From a virus (lineage: Duplodnaviria; Heunggongvirae; Uroviricota; Caudoviricetes), in the IMG/VR virus record IMGVR_UViG_3300045988_024527, positions 1 through 64,000 of that record: a stretch of 64,000 nucleotides of DNA, one strand, 5' to 3'. The position numbers and the translations under genes are program-made. Numbering within the stretch: position 1 is the stretch's first letter; every line of letters begins with the position of its first letter. Below, in pieces: positions 62,445 to 64,000 of this stretch. A model generated the notes under the pieces. The model searched no databases and was not told the DNA's origin. It worked only from the letters and a program-made list of their open reading frames with translations.

Positions 62445-64000
62445 TATGCGCATGGTAAATGACCACGCAGAAGTGATTAAGAGTTCAACTTCTTTGGAGA
62501 CATCTCAAGCACAGATTACAATGACACCTGAAATGTTCAGCCTTTTGAGTTCTGGTGTATACACGTTTAAAGAAAGGGCAGTGATTCGTGAACTGTCATG
62601 TAATGCAGTAGATGCTCAGAAAGAAGCTGGAAAAGAGAACATCCCGTTCCATGTGCATTTACCTACTCGATTTGAGCCTTACTTTGAAGTCCGTGACTTT
62701 GGAACTGGTTTAACCCACGACAAAGTAATGAGTTTGTATCTGAACTACGGGGCTTCTACGAAGAATGACTCTAATGATTACATTGGTGCAATGGGTATCG
62801 GCTCAAAATCCCCATTTGCAATTGCTCAGTCCTTCACAGTGTCTAGCTATGTTGATGGTGTTGTTAATAAGTACTCAGTTTACCTTGAGAATGGTATCCC
62901 TCAAGTAACTAAGCTTACTACTAACCAAACAAATGAACCTAATGGTTTAGCGGTACGTGTGGCAGTTGCTGACCACCGTATTTCAAAGTTCTTTGAAGAG
63001 GCTGGTCACGTATACTCATACTTTGCTGTAAAACCAGAAAGTAATATTGTATATGATGACGTATTAGCAGACATGAATGTCATTGCTCGTGAAGAAGGTG
63101 TTTATGACGCTATGATTCATAAGCAAAGCTGGCGTTCTAGTGGTAACAGGACAGAGTTTAATGTGGTGATGGGTAATATTGCCTATCCAGTTAATATGGA
63201 AGCATTACTTGGTGATGATTTCTTCAAAGTCTTGCCAGAGTTTTTCCGTAGGAGCGTAGACCTTGTAAACATCTACATGCCTATTGGTTCAGTGGCTATT
63301 GCAGCTTCTCGTGAAGCATTGCAGATGAATGACACGACAAAAAATGTTATCATTGAGGCTACTAAAAAGATAACTGAAGCCATTACAAAGGATGTTATCA
63401 AGAAAGTTAACAGCCAACCTACACTCATGGATGCTGCACAGGCTTATGCTGAGTTACGTTTGAACTCACGAGAGATGTTTAATGTTGTGTGTCCAAAGCT
63501 AGAGTGGGGAGGCGTTAAGCTTGATTCTCTGGAAGAAGAATTGTTAAACATTCGTCGTGGAATTATCTACGCAGAAGACGGCTCAGTCATCTATGAACGT
63601 GACGGCAAAGGTAATATTAAGGTTGATAGGAACGGAAACAACATCCCTAAAGTAGATTATCTTTATAACCCAGTTGCTTATGTCAAGTTCAACTCTTTAG
63701 AGAGTAAGATTCGTGCAACAGCACTTTCCTACACTCAAGAGGCAAGTATGTTCAATATCTTTGGTGCAATGCGTAAAAGCCAAATTGAACAGTTTTTGTT
63801 CGTGATTAATGACCGTCGCAATAAAAACGGTACTGAGAAGACTGTAGGACGCAATCAAATCTTGCGTGGTGCATGTCGAGACTACGCTAACGAGTCAGGT
63901 CTGTTCCACAGATACAATGGTATTGTGTTTGTATTCTCGACTGAAAAAGAGTTAGATGATTTAATCAATCTACACAAACTTGATAAAAGCTTGTTAAAGA
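62445..64000 (+). CDS. rIIA: rIIA-like protein with GHKL-type ATPase motifs (3' end outside window)
   Basis: Open frame from ATG 62445 (aagagga SD) to the window end, absent from ORF track; EVRDFGTGLTHDKV and GAMGIGSKS resemble HATPase_c boxes. Confidence 0.45.

Overview
This 64 kb window reads as a contiguous piece of a virulent tailed-phage genome (AT-rich, no integrase or lysogeny module seen). The gene repertoire resembles large Felix O1-like enterobacterial myoviruses, but that placement is from memory of gene content, not from a search. Layout: (1) 1-4260, C-terminal end of a DNA methyltransferase, a decayed HNH gene and a dense array of 17 hand-folded tRNA genes with a few protein ORFs embedded; (2) 4284-28178, + strand morphogenesis operon (terminase large subunit, portal, protease/scaffold, major capsid, sheath/tube, chaperone with a -1 slippery site, tape measure, baseplate, two tail fibres with His-x-His C-terminal domains, two small membrane proteins); (3) 28214-39185, - strand block (thymidylate synthase, DHFR, XRE-type HTH protein, secreted protein, a repeat-flanked two-gene cassette, DNA ligase, HNH-AP2 endonuclease, family-A-like DNA polymerase); (4) 39413-64000, + strand replication and nucleotide-metabolism block (dNMP kinase, primase-helicase, SSB-like, flap endonuclease, HNH and GIY-YIG endonucleases, MazG-like fusion, NrdA/NrdB/NrdH, an intron-split NrdD with an HNH homing endonuclease, NrdG, a PRPP-synthetase-like plus NAMPT-like pair, rIIA-like partial ORF). 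The most unusual unexplained signals are two modular CA-rich intergenic repeat blocks (31795-32057 and 33221-33460) carrying hairpins with compensatory stem changes and flanking a two-gene cassette of unknown function; the candidate NAD+ reconstitution pair; three short tRNAs with Leu anticodons; and palindrome-embedded promoters. All calls are from reading the sequence and the supplied ORF track; no search or folding program was run, and listed ORF starts are often provisional.
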